A stretch of 64,000 bases of DNA from Podarcis pityusensis. Its lineage: Eukaryota. The stretch lies in assembly GCA_964106645.2 (NCBI GenBank), contig OZ067042.1. One strand, given 5' to 3'. The position numbers and the translations under genes were made by a program. The notes under the pieces were generated by a model. It ran no database searches and was not told where the DNA came from. It saw only the letters and a list, made by a program, of their open reading frames with translations. This document shows positions 22,761 through 35,882 of the stretch, piece by piece (positions within the stretch are counted from its first letter, which is position 1; each line of letters starts with the position of its first letter).

Positions 22761-24154
22761 AACTTGTTTTGGAAGCATCTAACCAAATTTAGTTGTGTTA
22801 GTCCAGTTCCTAGAATGTTACTGATTCATTCCTTAGTTGGCAATAATGAGTGAATGGATGGTAGTTGGCAATAAGCCGGAGGGCCATTGGTACCAAGATC
22901 TTTCCTATAGCTAAAATCACAAATATAGTACTTTCTTCTTATTGGCCTCTCTCTCTTTCTCTCCCTCTCTTTCTTCACTGTTGTGATATCTTGTTTCTCT
23001 GAGTTCGACTCACCACTGCTATTTGTTTATTTTCCATGTGGTATCAGCCATCTTTTTGGGGTGGGCAGTGATACTTCACTGTGGCAAGCTTCTGGTTCCC
23101 AATAAATAATCCTCCCCTAGCCTTTGAGCACTAACAAGTTTTTTAGGTTTGTTTTGAGACTATCCTGGTGGTCATACGCAACAGAACTGGGGCTGTACCA
23201 AGTGCTTGAGCCCTGTTTACATTTTGGCTCCAAACACAAGCATGTTTGACATTTCTGAGTGATAAATGAGTTCTGTGCCTGAAATCTGATGAGGCACATG
23301 CTGAGCAAAGTGTAGAAAGAGCAGCAAATATGCAAAATACAGGAAGATGCACTCCTGTTGTATCACTTTTAGTTTTGGTCAGCTTCTGCATTTCACCACA
23401 CCACCGTTTTCATGGAACTTAACTGTGATTCCCCCACACCCCCATAAAAACATAGCCCGTCACCTTCAGAATCCGATTTCGCTTCGTGTGTTTTCGAATG
23501 TCAGCTTCTAAGAATAACCCTTAATTTCAAGAACGATCTTGCTCCAGTAACCTCAGCGGTAAATCCATCACAGTTTGGGTTTCAGCCTCAGTCACACACA
23601 GTTCTCTGCTGCCATCCCAACAAAAAACAGCTTCTCGGTTGCCATTTCTTATTGCTGAGTGAGCAGCGCGTCCCTCTCTTCCTTTACTTTTACTAGGAAG
23701 CTTCCCATCTCCTCTGTGGTTCATTGCTCCTGGGCAACACAACCCTCACAGCACCCCTTTGGGGACGAGCTGAGCAGAGCTTGTGTTGGCAGATAAATCA
23801 TTTACACATTGCACAAAGTTAGGCCCAAAGCAGTCTCAGGTGGCTTGGGAAGATTTTAGGTGTGACCTGCAAAAGATGTAAGAAAGAAAGAATATCTGAA
23901 GCTAGGCAGAGACTTGAAGGAGGTCTAGTAAGAACTGCCTCTACCCCTGGAAGTATCTCAGGGTTGCCACCTTGCAATCAGATTCAGGGCCTTAAATTTT
24001 CCACTGTAAAACATCCCTAATTCATCCTGCTAATGCATTCACCCAATGTGGTTAGTAGGGACATGGTTGGTCTGAATAGTGAGGGAAGGGAGAAGGCAGC
24101 TGACAGGAGCAGGCAGCAAGATCTACCACCGTCTCACTGGTGGCAGCACACTTT

Positions 24155-24365
24155 GATTTATTGTCTTACTACAATTATTTCTCCATGCAACTCAGTGTGG
24201 TGCACATGGCTGTCCGCTAACCTGTTTTAGCCTCACGCCAACTCTGGAAAATAGGTTAAGTGAAGAGAATACGACCAGTACAAGTGTTTCCCAATGAGCT
24301 TTGTGGTTGAGTAGGAATTTAAACCTGGAACACACTGGTCCTAGACTAACCCTTTACCTACTACA
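24155..24365 (-). mobile_element. CORE/MIR-like SINE, decayed
   Basis: Reverse-complement similarity to 10319-10527 (CCTCAC...GGAATTTAAACCTGG...CCTACTACA). Confidence 0.55.
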
Positions 24366-24502
24366 ACATATTGCATATTGCTGGACTACAACTTCCATCA
24401 TCACTGACCATTGACCATATTAGGTGGGGTTGATGGGAAATGGAGTTCAGCAACATCTGGAGGACCACAGGTTCTGCATCCTTGGCACACTGTGTGCCTA
24501 GT

Positions 24503-24847
24503 GCTGAGCCTCTTCAGCTTGCCAATCAGAAGGTCAGCGGTTCAAATCCCCACGACGGGGTGAGCTCCCGTTGCTCTGTCCCAGCTCCTGCCAACCTAGC
24601 AGTTCAAAAGCACACTAGTGCAAGTAGATAAATAGGTACTGTTGCGGCGGGAAGGGAAACAGCGTTCCTGTATGCTCTGGCTTACATCACGATGTTCCGT
24701 TGTGCCAGAAGTGGTTTAGTCATCCTGGCCACCCGGAAAGCTGTCTGTGGACAAATGCCGGCTCCCTCGGCCTGAAAGCGAGATGAGCACCGCAACCCCA
24801 TAATCGCCTTTGACTGGACTTAACCATCCAGGGGTCATTTACCTTTT
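24503..24847 (+). mobile_element. Sauria SINE, divergent subfamily, 5'-eroded
   Basis: CTTGCCAATCAGAAGGTCAGCGGTTCAAATCCCCACGACGGGGTGAGCTCCCG...GGGGTCATTTACCTTT. No clear TSD. Confidence 0.88.
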
Positions 24848-24899
24848 AGCTTTTATATACTTTAGTTACTAGGTGGTACATTCCTCTCTATATGGTCCT

Positions 24900-25146
24900 C
24901 AGGACTCTCTCTCTAAGCTACACCCCCTGTCCCCAAGCCAGAACTTTAGTGTTTTTGCCCGCTTATATTGTGTCCTTGAACTCCAATAATGCCTCCTGCT
25001 TGTGCAGATAGATGACAGAGAGGGGCTTGTGAATATGTGAAGATACTAGCCCATTGTACAAAAGTAAAAAATACATTTATTACCTCTGGCATGTGGCCGT
25101 CAGAAGGGAATGCAGTCTTCAGGCTGAAAAAGGTTCCCCATCCCTG
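24900..25146. mobile_element. hAT-type element, right portion
   Basis: Ends AAAAAGGTTCCCCATCCCTG. Interior is homologous to 7200-7400. Confidence 0.55.
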
Positions 25147-25344
25147 AATTAAATGTTGTTCAGAGAGAAAACATGTTATAATGCTTACTTTGCGCTATCC
25201 ATATTAACTCTTAGCGAGCTACTATGCCATTAGTTGCTTTTGGATTCCAATTGAAGCTGCGTTTAAGGTACAAAACAGTGCTGAATCTTGAACATAATTA
25301 TTTGGATGCCAAATAATATATATATTTCTTTGTGTCTCTTGCAG

Positions 25345-25520
25345 AATCACCTGATGTCGCTCCATCTGTTGTTGTTCACACCAGCGTTCCCTTTGGAACT
25401 AGCCACTTGGAGTCAGACAAGGAAAAGGTTCAGCAGTTGATCCTAGACCAGCTGAAAGATGTTGTACCTAGTTTGCCTGAACCAGCCAGCATCAAGTGCC
25501 ATAGGTGGAGATATTCTCAG
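25345..25520 (+). CDS. RNLS: Renalase internal coding exon (equivalent to human exon 6), 176 nt, phase 1/0
   Basis: TCTTTGTGTCTCTTGCAG acceptor, CAG|GTAATC donor. Translates ESPDVAPSVVVHTSVPFGTSHLESDKEKVQQLILDQLKDVVPSLPEPASIKCHRWRYSQ and joins the previous exon in frame (G+AA = Glu). Confidence 0.97.
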
Positions 25521-26571
25521 GTAATCTATAATAAAGGATGATAGCAAAATGCCCAAGTCCAATGATAGCTTGTTCAGGAATGTGAGAGGCACACATGATT
25601 TTTATTCAAGCATTGCACTGGCTTCTGAACAGGGACTCACTGTAGTTTGTTCAGCATTTTGTGAGACATCTGAATGTAAGCCACCTACATAGCTCTATTG
25701 TATCAGGATGTGGCCCCTTGCTGAAGCTCTGTAGTAGAGCACAAAGAGCCAGGGCTTTGTTATGAGGGCACATGATGCAGTCACCTCATTGAAGCTAAGC
25801 AGGTCTAGATCCAGACAGAAGAGAGACCACCTACCAACACCATTTACAGCACTTTGAGTTCTGTATGTGTGGGTTTAGTTGATTTATTGGCATCTCCAGT
25901 TAAGTATTATGCCTGCCGTCAACTATGGAAAATGTGCAGAATTGGGTTAAGCATTCCGCGAGGTTGACCCATTCTAAGGTAGGTTCATACCCACCTTTTT
26001 TAGAAAACCACCCTGCATGGCTGGGATTCCATGCTGCAATGGCATCAGCAGCAATCATGGTGGTCAAGCGTATCACAGAAAGAGATCCTATATCCATGCA
26101 CCGCTGTGGTGTGAAAACCTGGTCGCACAGAGGGCCTGAAGTCTATTCTTTATTCTGCTGTATCCTTTCTGACACTGTTAGTTCTTTGTTCTTGCTACAA
26201 GACAACTGAGTGTTGCAGGACAGTTTCTTATCAAATGTGTGAAATGGAGCAGAGAAGCTATTGCTATCTTGGTTCCCCATGTGAGTCCCTTCTGGAGATA
26301 CATGCCCCCCATCCCAGGCTGGGCCTCCAGCTAACCAGATGCTGGGAACAAAAAAATGGTGCCTCTGACGCAATCCTGGTTAGCTATTTTCCTATCTCTG
26401 GATAAAAGGTGATAAAGGGAAATAGTATATAGATGACTGTCAAATATGAGACACCTTGCTCTAGTGGCTGAAATGGCTGTTTCATCATATATGTCTCTCT
26501 TTTGGCATAGCTCCTTCTCTTCTTCTATGCCTTTACATAAACAAATGGTGCCACAACATTTGTATTAGGAG

Positions 26572-26573
<2 letters not shown>

Positions 26574-26609
<36 letters not shown>
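26574..26609. repeat. (TA)n microsatellite
   Basis: Direct reading. Confidence 0.95.
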
Positions 26610-26613
<4 letters not shown>

Positions 26614-26826
26614 ACTGTAATGTGTGTATATACTGTACGTGTGTGCAGATAATTACCAGAAGATGCTGATAGTTACCAGCTGTAAAAATAAAGATGGACA
26701 CATATCTGAAGTGTCTAATTCAGGCCAGGCTTTTCAAAATTCTTTTTTTCCTTTTTAAATGAAATTTAGCAGCCTAACCACTTAGTGCAACTCAAAATGG
26801 TGTGTGGGTGTGTGGGTCTGTGGATG

Positions 26827-26896
26827 TATAGATATAGATATAGATATAGATATAGATATAGATATAGATATAGATATAGATATAGATATAGATATA
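26827..26896. repeat. (GATATA)n hexanucleotide microsatellite, ~11 units
   Basis: Direct reading. Confidence 0.95.
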
Positions 26897-27079
26897 TAGT
26901 TAGCAGTTAGTAATGGTTCTTCCATGATGCCCCATAACCAAGGTTTTCGACAGAGGACATCACATCGCACAATGAATTTCACAAGATGTTACAGGACAGG
27001 ACCAGACATGGAGATAGACCTGTTAACATTCACAGTAAGCTGTTTGCTATTAGGTATGTTCATCACACTGCCCCTGAAC

Positions 27080-27520
27080 CAAGTTAAGAAACTATTTTGT
27101 TTGTTTTATAAAAAGTCCGTTTTTTAAAGACAATACCCTCAAGTAACCAGCAGAAGTATAAACAATACCAAACAGCAAAGAAAACAACAATCAAACTGCA
27201 AGATAAAAACATCAAGGCCAGCAAATTAAACAGCAGCTTAAAAAAAACAAAAAAAGACAATGAGAGGATCTTAGATACATTAAAAGCATGAAAGAACAGT
27301 ATAATCTTTGCCTGGCATCCAAAATATAACTAAGGAAAGATCCCAGAAAGCATATCTAGGGACAGGATTCCATAATTTGGCACCACCACTAAAAGGACCC
27401 CCTTGCTTGCAAGCACCCAGAAGACTGAAGGGACTCTGAAGATAAGTTCATGTTGAAAGTGGTGGTTCTTTACACACCCTGACCTCAGGCTGCTCAGCTT
27501 TAAAAATCAAACCTATGATG
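27080..27520 (-). mobile_element. L2-like 3' fragment, decayed
   Basis: GGATTCCATAATTTGGCACCACCACTAAAAGG resembles the reverse of the AFSVxAPxLWN segment and is preceded by an A-rich reversed 3'UTR. Confidence 0.5.
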
Positions 27521-28846
27521 AACTTGAAAAATAAATTCCCCTGGAAACAGTGGGTATCTTTGATAACTGCATTTGCTTGTTTTCCTATTTCTCTGCTTTG
27601 TTTTCATTTTGTACTGTGCCTTATAAGCCATTATTTTAAATCACCAGTCGTCTTGTATGCATTGGTAGAAAGAGGCGATATAAACTTAGCCGCTGAATAG
27701 TCAGTCACCTTTCCATTTCTGTCATGGCTCTGGAGCCTGTGTTTTTGAAATTAAAAGAGGAAAAGTAAATTTGAAGCCACGGTTTTTGCCCGATGCACAT
27801 GATTCATATTCATCTTGTAGCATGGGTTTGTCCCTTGTTCTTAAATGTTGCAACCACAACACATGTGCAACAGCCTCTTAGGAGGTGAGCATAGCTACCC
27901 TGAAAGTTGAGTTTTATCACTCGCTCATCTCCCCCACTTTCATCTAGCTGCAGAGTGATCTGGCTCTGGGACTCCCTTTCTGTCGAAGGAAGGGGCAAAC
28001 TGAGCTTCTGGCTCAGCAGCAGGAGGCTCAAATGCCACTCTTGCTCCAGAGTGGCAGGAAGCAGCCTCTGAACCAGCAAGAGGCCGTCTGAGGACCAGAG
28101 GTTAAAAATACTACCATAAGGTAATCTGTTTTGATCATAATATAATAGCAGCAGCAACAGCAGGATTTCCAGAGTGGTTATCATTATGGCAGCTAGATTT
28201 AATTACAAAGATAAAAACACCAGGTTGTTAATTAGGTTTATTGTGGTTATTATAATTCATCACTCGTGCTACTGTAATGCCCACAATGCCTGCACTGTAA
28301 TAGCTGGTTGAAATTAGGGACATGGTATTTAATTCCTGGAGCCCAGAGAGAGGAAGGGAGATGCACAACTCTGAACACAATTCATGGATCTTAGGGCTGC
28401 CATGAAGCAAAAACAGAGGGCGCCACTGAGGCAGCCAGTGCTTGACAAGTGTGTGTCTCGTAAATGTGTTTGCAATTATCTCTTTGCCACATTTCATCTT
28501 TTAGGTAGGCATCTAAGGTTTCAATCCTATGCACCCTTACCCTAGGAGTTAGCTTCCCTAACAAACATCATCAGCGTCATCACAGCGTACACCGCCTTTC
28601 CACACAAAAAAGATGTTTTGTTGTCCACAACAAGAACAACAATACATCACGTAATCAAAAATTGTAAGAATAATTTCACACCAACAGCAATAATAAAACA
28701 GCAACATACAAGGAACATAAGAGCATGCAAAAGACAACAACATTTCAGTACTATAAATGTAGCAAGATTACAACACCTGGCCACATCAAAAATAATAAGG
28801 GTGCTTTGAACAGATCTTTCCTTGGACCTAGATATTCTCTAGCCAC

Positions 28847-29173
28847 TAATAATAATAATAATAATAATAATTTATTATTTATACCCCGCCCATCTGGCTG
28901 GGTTTCCCCAGCCACTCTGGGCGGCTTCCAACAAAACACTAAAATATAATAACTTATTAAACATTAAAAGCTTCCCTAAACAGGGCTGCCTTCAGATGGC
29001 TTCTAAAAGTTTGGTTGTTATTTTTCTCTTTGACATCTGGTGGGAGGGCATTCCACAGGGCGGGTGGCACTACCGAGAAGGCCCTCTGCCTGGTTCCCTG
29101 TAACTTGGCTTCTCGTAGCGAGGGAACCGCCAGAAGGCCCTCAGCGCTGGACCTCAGTGTCCGGGCAGAACGA
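28847..29173 (-). mobile_element. Young L2 LINE 3' end with (ATT)n tail
   Basis: - strand encodes RSARTLRSSAEGLLAVPS...RQRAFSVVPPALWNALP...FRSHLKAALF (L2 ORF2 C-terminus), then GGGCGGGGTATAAATAATAA(ATT)n. CpGs are retained. Confidence 0.85.
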
Positions 29174-29459
29174 TGGAGGTGGCCTTCTGTGTCCACTACA
29201 GGTTAGCCAAGAACCAAGCATAGGGTTGTGTGGCATGGTACTTTAGGGCTAGGCATATAGCTCAGGGCCAAAGTAAATGAGACATGAAATGATTCTTTGC
29301 ATTTAACATTTATGCAAACCTTATAATGCACATAATGACCCACGTGCCAGATAATGTCCTCTGCATGTGAAATCATAAATCACCTAGTGTTTTGGAGAAT
29401 GTTGTCAGCAATATGTTGGTGGCACATAGCTCCACTTCTCCTTTACATTTGCAGGTGAG

Positions 29460-30472
29460 GCAGTGTATGTGCTGGACCATTTTCTTGCTTTGGTAATGGA
29501 CTCCATGAGAGCCAATAAACTGAAGCTCAATCCAGATAAGACTGAGGCATTGTTAGTGAGTGGTTCCCTGGAATGAATGGCTGGGAGGTTGTCTGCTCTT
29601 GATGGGGTTACACTTCTTCTGAAGGAGCAGGTACATAGCTTCGGGGTACTTTGCTGTCACTTGAGGTTCACGTGGCCTCAGTGCCGTGGAGTTCCTTCCA
29701 TTAGTTTGGCTGGTGGCCCAGCTGCACCCATATCAGGACAGGGATGGTCTAACTGCTGTTGTGTATGCTCTGGTAACTTCTAGGTTAGATTACAGCAATG
29801 CGTTATACGTGGAGCAGCCTCTGATGACAGTTCAGAAACTTTAGCTGGTGCAGAATTTAGCAGCCAGGTTGCTCTCTGAGGCAAGACGCTTTGAGCATAT
29901 GCCAATCTTGGCCCAACTGCACAGGCTGCCAATTAGTTTCTGGGCCCATTTCAGACTGCTGGTTTTGACCTATAAAACCTTAAACAGCTCAGGACTGCAG
30001 TACCTCAAGGACCGCAACATGAGACTGGGCCTTTTCTGCAGTGACTCCCCATTTGTGGAATTCTCTCCCCAGGGAGTCTTGCATATCTTTAGGTGTCAGG
30101 CAAAACCATACCTCTTCTCCCAGGCCTTAAGATAAGGAAACTGTGACCTTTTAATCTGGGGAGGGGGAGAGAGATACAGTGGAACCTTGGTTCTCAAATG
30201 GCTTAGTTGAAGAACAAATCTGCTCCTGAACGCCAAAAACCCGGAAGTAAGTGTTCCGGTTTTTAAACATTTTTCAGAAGCCGAACGTCCAACGCGGCTT
30301 GGTTTCTGAACGTTTCGGAAGTCGAACGGACTTCCAGAACGGATTACATTCGAGAACCAAGGTACCACTTTATTGTTTTGGTTTGTTATTATGGTATGTA
30401 TTTCTTCTGTTTTTATATTGTAAACCACCCTGTGATCTTCAAGTTAAAGGTGGTATAGAAATTTAATAAATA
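29460..30472 (+). mobile_element. L2 LINE 3' fragment, interrupted by the MITE at 30177
   Basis: Remnants of NKLKLNPDKTE, RLDYxNA, LQLVQNxAAR and LHxLP...FxLLVLTYK in shifting frames; terminal TGTAAACCACCCTGTGA...GGTATAGAAAT. Confidence 0.8.
30177..30370 (+). mobile_element. Tigger-like MITE family A, internally deleted
   Basis: TA|CAGTGGAACCTTGGTTCTC...GAGAACCAAGGTACCACTT|TA. Lacks the central palindrome. Confidence 0.85.
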
Positions 30473-30475
30473 ACA

Positions 30476-30521
30476 ATGGTGGTGGTGGTGGTGGTGGTGG
30501 TGATGATGATGATGACGATGA
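30476..30521. repeat. (GGT)n(GAT)n microsatellite
   Basis: Direct reading. Confidence 0.9.
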
Positions 30522-32409
30522 CAAAGAGGTCTTTGCCTGCCCCGTTAATTCTCACATGCTTATATATTAGATGTGGCTGATTCATAAGAAGCTATTTGTC
30601 AGCCATAGATCTGTCCCTGTAGATGGCATTAAGTGAATGTAATTGAAGAATGCATTCTCAGAAAGGAAACTCCCTACAAGAACTGACTACGCTTAAGTGC
30701 TATACAGTGGTGCTCACTAATTACCTTAAAGCCATTTTTGCTTTAACATTCCAATCAACTATTGACACAGCAGCAAAAGGAGAAAATGAAGGGTGGACGT
30801 GGTCCCCCCCCCAACCCCCCGAGGCTTTCAAGCGGGATTTATTCTTTTTGTTAATTCAGTACAGCCATTATGCCCTTCATATGGGCCAAATACAATCCCA
30901 GGATTAAAATGCAGACATTACAATTATCCATGGAAGATGTGGGATTAGTCCTCCCAAACTTCTATTGATACTACTTAGCAGCACAGCTGCCGTGCTCTAT
31001 CCCATGGTTTAATTACGATAAGACAACATTAGCATCAGCAATCAAGGATTCCTGAGCCAGAAAGTCTTTTCAGCCATCATGTTGCATTGTGGTAGGACTC
31101 GGGGGGGGGGGGATAGCCTGAGCAATATGGCCATTTCATACTTTTTTTATAAGCAGCGCATTTGCTGTATCATTGAAATTATATGTTAAAGGAGCCCACA
31201 TTCCTAAAGCAAAGAGGTAGTACCATTTAAAAGCAGACCTGCCTCCCATTCCCAAGCGCAAAGGGTCAAGAGGCACGTCGGCTTGGTCTCTCCTGCTGAA
31301 TCAGAAGGGCATCTCTGCCACAGGTATCGTACAGCCCAAACGACCCTATGGAAGGGGATTTTGAATTTGGATGTACAGCCCTGCCAGCTAATAATAATCC
31401 TACATGGGCATTTCTTCCCTGTGTGTGTGTATATGTGTGCATACTTGCATGATTGCTGGATTACAGAGGGGTTTGGACTAGATTACCCTCAGTATCTTAT
31501 CCAACTCTACAATGCTATTATTGTACACACTGACTAAAAGATCCGATGTGGCCAAAGGACAGAAGACCTCTTTTAACTTTCCTCCCCTCCATAGGATAGG
31601 GTTCTCTTCTGTCCATTGTTTGAAGCAAAAATTGTAGGTCCAGAGGCTTGTGTCTTGCCCAGTTGCTTCTGCACACCTGTTGTTCACTCCTGTTGCACCC
31701 TGCTCCCTTTCAGGTGGCCCTCTTTTGCTTTGTCCATCCTCTTCCCCATTACAGTCCAGGAACAGGTGAGCTAGGCTCCCTAGTTTTAACTGACTTAGAG
31801 CACTAGGTAAATTCTTAACAGCAGAGGGGCTGGATTTTCCAAGTCCCAGTTAAACACCTGAGGCACATGAGGTTTATTATCTTGTGGACAATTATTTTTC
31901 TTACGAATGATCGGAGCTGTTGTTGCTCGGTGCCATCGGTTTCTTACTAAGCTTGATGCTTTGTGCTGCCCTGTACCTAGTGGCATACAATAACTCAAGG
32001 GAAGTAGAGCAGTAAACTTGACATTTGTAGTTCAGTTGCACTTCTGAACAAATCTTGTGATCCGGAAGAAGCAAATCCAAACTAAACAACAACAGATTCC
32101 AGGGAAGAGTCAAGTGGGAAACTTTACTGGGAAGATTTGAAGGGGGGGTTGCATTCTTCTTCTTAAGCTGTTGTTTGTTATTTTTTTAAACCTTCTCATT
32201 TGTTTTGCTGTCTTTCACTTCTACAGTATATCCTTTGGTCTCACTGCCAGAGGGATGTATATCTTTTGATCTACCTAAAAGAACCTTTACTCTGAACCAT
32301 GCGTAGATCTATGTCCCATTCCCCACCACCAAAAACATTCATAATGTTCATTTCTACTTTGTGTTAAAATGGGGTTTGGTTGTTGAGATGACTTTTGCTC
32401 CAGTTGTTG

Positions 32410-32845
32410 TCATTTCAGTTGCCACTCTATTCTATTTCATCTAGTTTCACATTTCACAACACTGATACTCTAAGGCAGCTAAGCAGCATCAAAACCAAAT
32501 ACAGTTATTTGAAACAGCAACAACAAAATCAAAAAAGCAGCAGACCCTTCCCCCTAAAAAGTTCAGTACCATAGACAGAAAGCAAAAGGTGCCTTGCAAA
32601 CAGTTTGTCTCGGAGTTCCAAAGCCTTGAAGCCACCGCAGTAAAGGCCCTGCCCAGGGCAATTCCCTCCCATACTTGAAGTGAAAGAAGGCCTCCAAGGA
32701 ATATCTTGAAAAATAGGTAGTTTTATAGTGGAGAAGATGGTCCTTTAACTCCTCTGAATGGCAGTCAAAGATTAATGAATTGGGCCCTTTAAAGTGGGCC
32801 CAGAAAATGAACTGGGAACCAGTAGAGTTCATCAGAATTGAAATA
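32410..32845 (-). mobile_element. L2 3' fragment, decayed
   Basis: GTTCCAAAGCCTTGAAGCCACCGCAGTAAAGGCCCT and TTTAAAGTGGGCCCAGAAAATGAACTGG are reverse L2 motifs shared with 29460-30130. Confidence 0.6.
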
Positions 32846-33096
32846 CAGTCATACCTTGGATCCCAAATACCCTGGAACTTAGACATTTTGGGTCCCGAAC
32901 GCCGCAAACCCGGAAGTGATTGTTCCGTTTTGCGAACGTTCTTTTGGAAGCCAAACGTCTGACAGGGCTTCCGCGGTTTCTGATTGGCTGCAGGAGCTTC
33001 CTGCAGCCAATCAGAAGCCGAGATTTGGTTTTTGAATGTTTTGGAAGCCAAACAGACTTCCGGAACAGATTCTGTTTGAATTCCAAAGTATGGCTG
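32846..33096 (+). mobile_element. Tigger-like MITE family A
   Basis: TA|CAGTCATACCTTGGA...TCCAAAGTATGGCTG|TA, with central TCTGATTGGCTGCAGGAGCTTCCTGCAGCCAATCAGA. Confidence 0.9.
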
Positions 33097-33469
33097 TATA
33101 TTCTCTGTGGTCCATCCTGCAGTTTGGTGGCCACATTTAGTACTAATTGTTCACAAGAACTCTTCAGAAGCAACCATACATCACAGTACAGGATTTGAGT
33201 AAAGCATGGCACTGATTAGCTTCTCTAAAAAGAGTGATAATTGCAAGTGAATCTTAATAATGTAAGCCACATAATAATGGAAGTGATAATGGACATTAGT
33301 TGTCCTGATAAATATAATACAATTTTCATAGCGTTTGAAATTTCTGGATGTTTTCCCATTGTTGATCAATATTTCTGGCAAAATGAAAAGGAATAGAAAA
33401 CTGGTCTGAAACAAAAAGAAACCAAATTCAACAGAGAAAATTGCAGAGTTCTTCAGTTAGAGGGAAGGA

Positions 33470-34125
33470 AATCAATTGTACAAGTATAGGATTTTGGGGG
33501 GGGAATACCTGGCTGTGATGTCTGGATCACAGTCCTGCACAACGTGAACATGAGTCAGCTGTGTGATGTAGCATCAATACAGGCTAATGCAATTTTAGCC
33601 TGCAGTTAATAGAGCCATGGTTTCCAATACGTAAGAAGTAAAGGCACCACTTTATTCTGCACAGTTCAGAGCTCATCTAGAAGCACTGTGCACAGTTCTG
33701 CCTTCACACTTTAAGAAAGATATAGACAAACCAGAACAGGTTCAGAGAAAGGCAACAAAGATGATTGAGAATCTGGAAAATAAGGCCTATGAGGAAAGCT
33801 TGAAAAAAATGGGCAATTTGGGTCTGGTGAATTCTGAGGCAGATTGCAACAGCACTCAAATACCCAAAGATTCTCACATACAAGACAGCAAAGATTTGTT
33901 CTCTGCTGCCCCAGAGGATAGGACTAAAACTATTGGGCTTAAATTGATATAGGAGGGTGGATTTCAGCTGGAGAAACATCTTAGTAAGAACAAGCCTATA
34001 GTCGAACCAGTTATGTAAGGGAGAGATGGAGGTCTTTAAGCAGAGTCTAGTCAAATCATCAGCTATGGGTTTCTTGTACCGAGGAGGGGGTTGCACTAGA
34101 TGCCTACAAGGCCCCACTGAGTTTG
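33470..34125 (+). mobile_element. CR1 LINE 3' fragment
   Basis: AACATGAGTCAGCTGTGTGATGTAGCA...GCTAATGCAATTTTAG, HFKKDIDKxEQVQRKATKMI remnant, and a CR1-like 3' end with GGGGGTTGCACTAGATG. Confidence 0.88.
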
Positions 34126-35841
34126 GTCATTCTTTTCCTTTCTTTCCTTCTCCTTGTTGTATTCATTCCTGGATACAACTGCTATTTCACTGGGGCATGC
34201 CCTGCCCCTGCCCTCCTTTCTGTGACAATGTGGAGCAGAGAAAGCTGGTCCCAGAAGCGTGCGCCTGGATTCCTCCTGCACGTATGTTCTCTGCAGACAG
34301 ATTGCTCCTAGGCACTGCCGTAGATGCCGTGCCCCTCTGCATGTCCCTTGAGCAGCTGCAGCTTTGAAAACTGCAGTCTGGCACTGCGTTACAGAGTTCG
34401 GGAAAGAGAAATTCTCCCTCTCTCTCTCTCCCATTAACTCCTCCCACACACATACACCATCAGCCTGAACAGGCAGGCTTACGGATCCATAACGATAGCC
34501 GTGGTAGCAGATGTCACAGTAGTGCTCTGCATGACTCATCTACTGTACTCTGCGCTCTCCAGAGAGCCCTGCTTTTTTATATGGGCTCGTTTGCAAAAGG
34601 TGGAATCAGGCAGGCCAAACAGGCCACCACGAGCTGTCAAGTCTCGAACTGCTTCCTAAAAGCACATCCCTTCCATTATTAAAGAAAGCTCAGTGGCCCA
34701 CATATGACAGCTGGCTTGCAATGGCTGGAGACAGTTCTTTCCTTCTCTCCCCCCCCCCCCCCACTGCCTTTTAAACAAAAAGAAGGCCACTGGGCATGCT
34801 AAATGTTAAAGGGAGCTGATACACATGGGGAGGAGAAACTTTGCTGAGTTTACTGTGCAGTTGGTTCTTGGCTGCAGATCCTTAACCACAGTGGTAGAAT
34901 ATGTAGGGGGAATATCCACTGACTGTGTTGGAAAGGCTGGTGCAGGAGGCGAGGAGAGAAAGACAGAGAGAGATCCAATAGTCCTCTTTCCCATAGGAAT
35001 GTGTCTGGCCCCTGATAACAGGATGTTGGATTAGATGGGCCTGGCAGGCTCTTCTTAGGCCATGGCTTAATTTGGTCACATCACTTTCCTGTTGGCCCCT
35101 GCTCCACACCCTATCTTCCCCTTTTTCTCCTTGTACTAAATAATTTCTTTCCCTTTCTTTCTCTCATCCTGCAGGCTCAGCTATTTGTTCTCTGTAATGG
35201 GTCAGTTGGGAATTTCCAAGGGGCTGCTCCCCCCACCCCCAGAATGGAAGGGGAAAAAGAACTAAATGGACGAAAGTATCTAAAAACAAAATCCAATGTT
35301 AAATTTAGAAAGTTCAAGGCACTGTATACTTAGATGGTTTTTAAACTATGCTCAGGGAGCAGCAGGGTAAGAGAAGCTCAGCCTTCTCTCACTGTATTTT
35401 CAGTTTCATGGCTCCTCCAGACAGTCTGTTGAGCATCCTGATTTGCTTGCACTAAGCTTACAAGGAGGTTGGATTGTACTCAGTCTCTGCCTGGATACAA
35501 CAATGAGCATTCTGATATGCTTTCAGGGCATTTGTACTCCTGGTTAATCATTCATTCATTCCACGCTTTTCAGTGCATTTCCCCATCGCCTTCCTAACTG
35601 CAAAAAGCCTGTTTATTTTTTTAAAAGTGTATTTGTTGTGCTAGGATGGTGGAGTGCTTTAACCCACTTCAGCTATGCAAAAATAAATTTCCCAGTATGC
35701 ACTTCAGCCCTTCCCATAGATTGTTGACAGCTTGGAAGTTCCCTCGATCAAATATCATGGTGAGCCCTATCACACCACCTTTCTCCAGAGGAAAGAAAAG
35801 GGCCTGGGTTCTGTCTGTTCCCTAACTCCATCAACACTCAG

Positions 35842-35844
<3 letters not shown>

Positions 35845-35881
<37 letters not shown>
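35845..35881. repeat. (CA)n microsatellite
   Basis: Direct reading. Confidence 0.95.
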
Positions 35882-35882
<1 letters not shown>
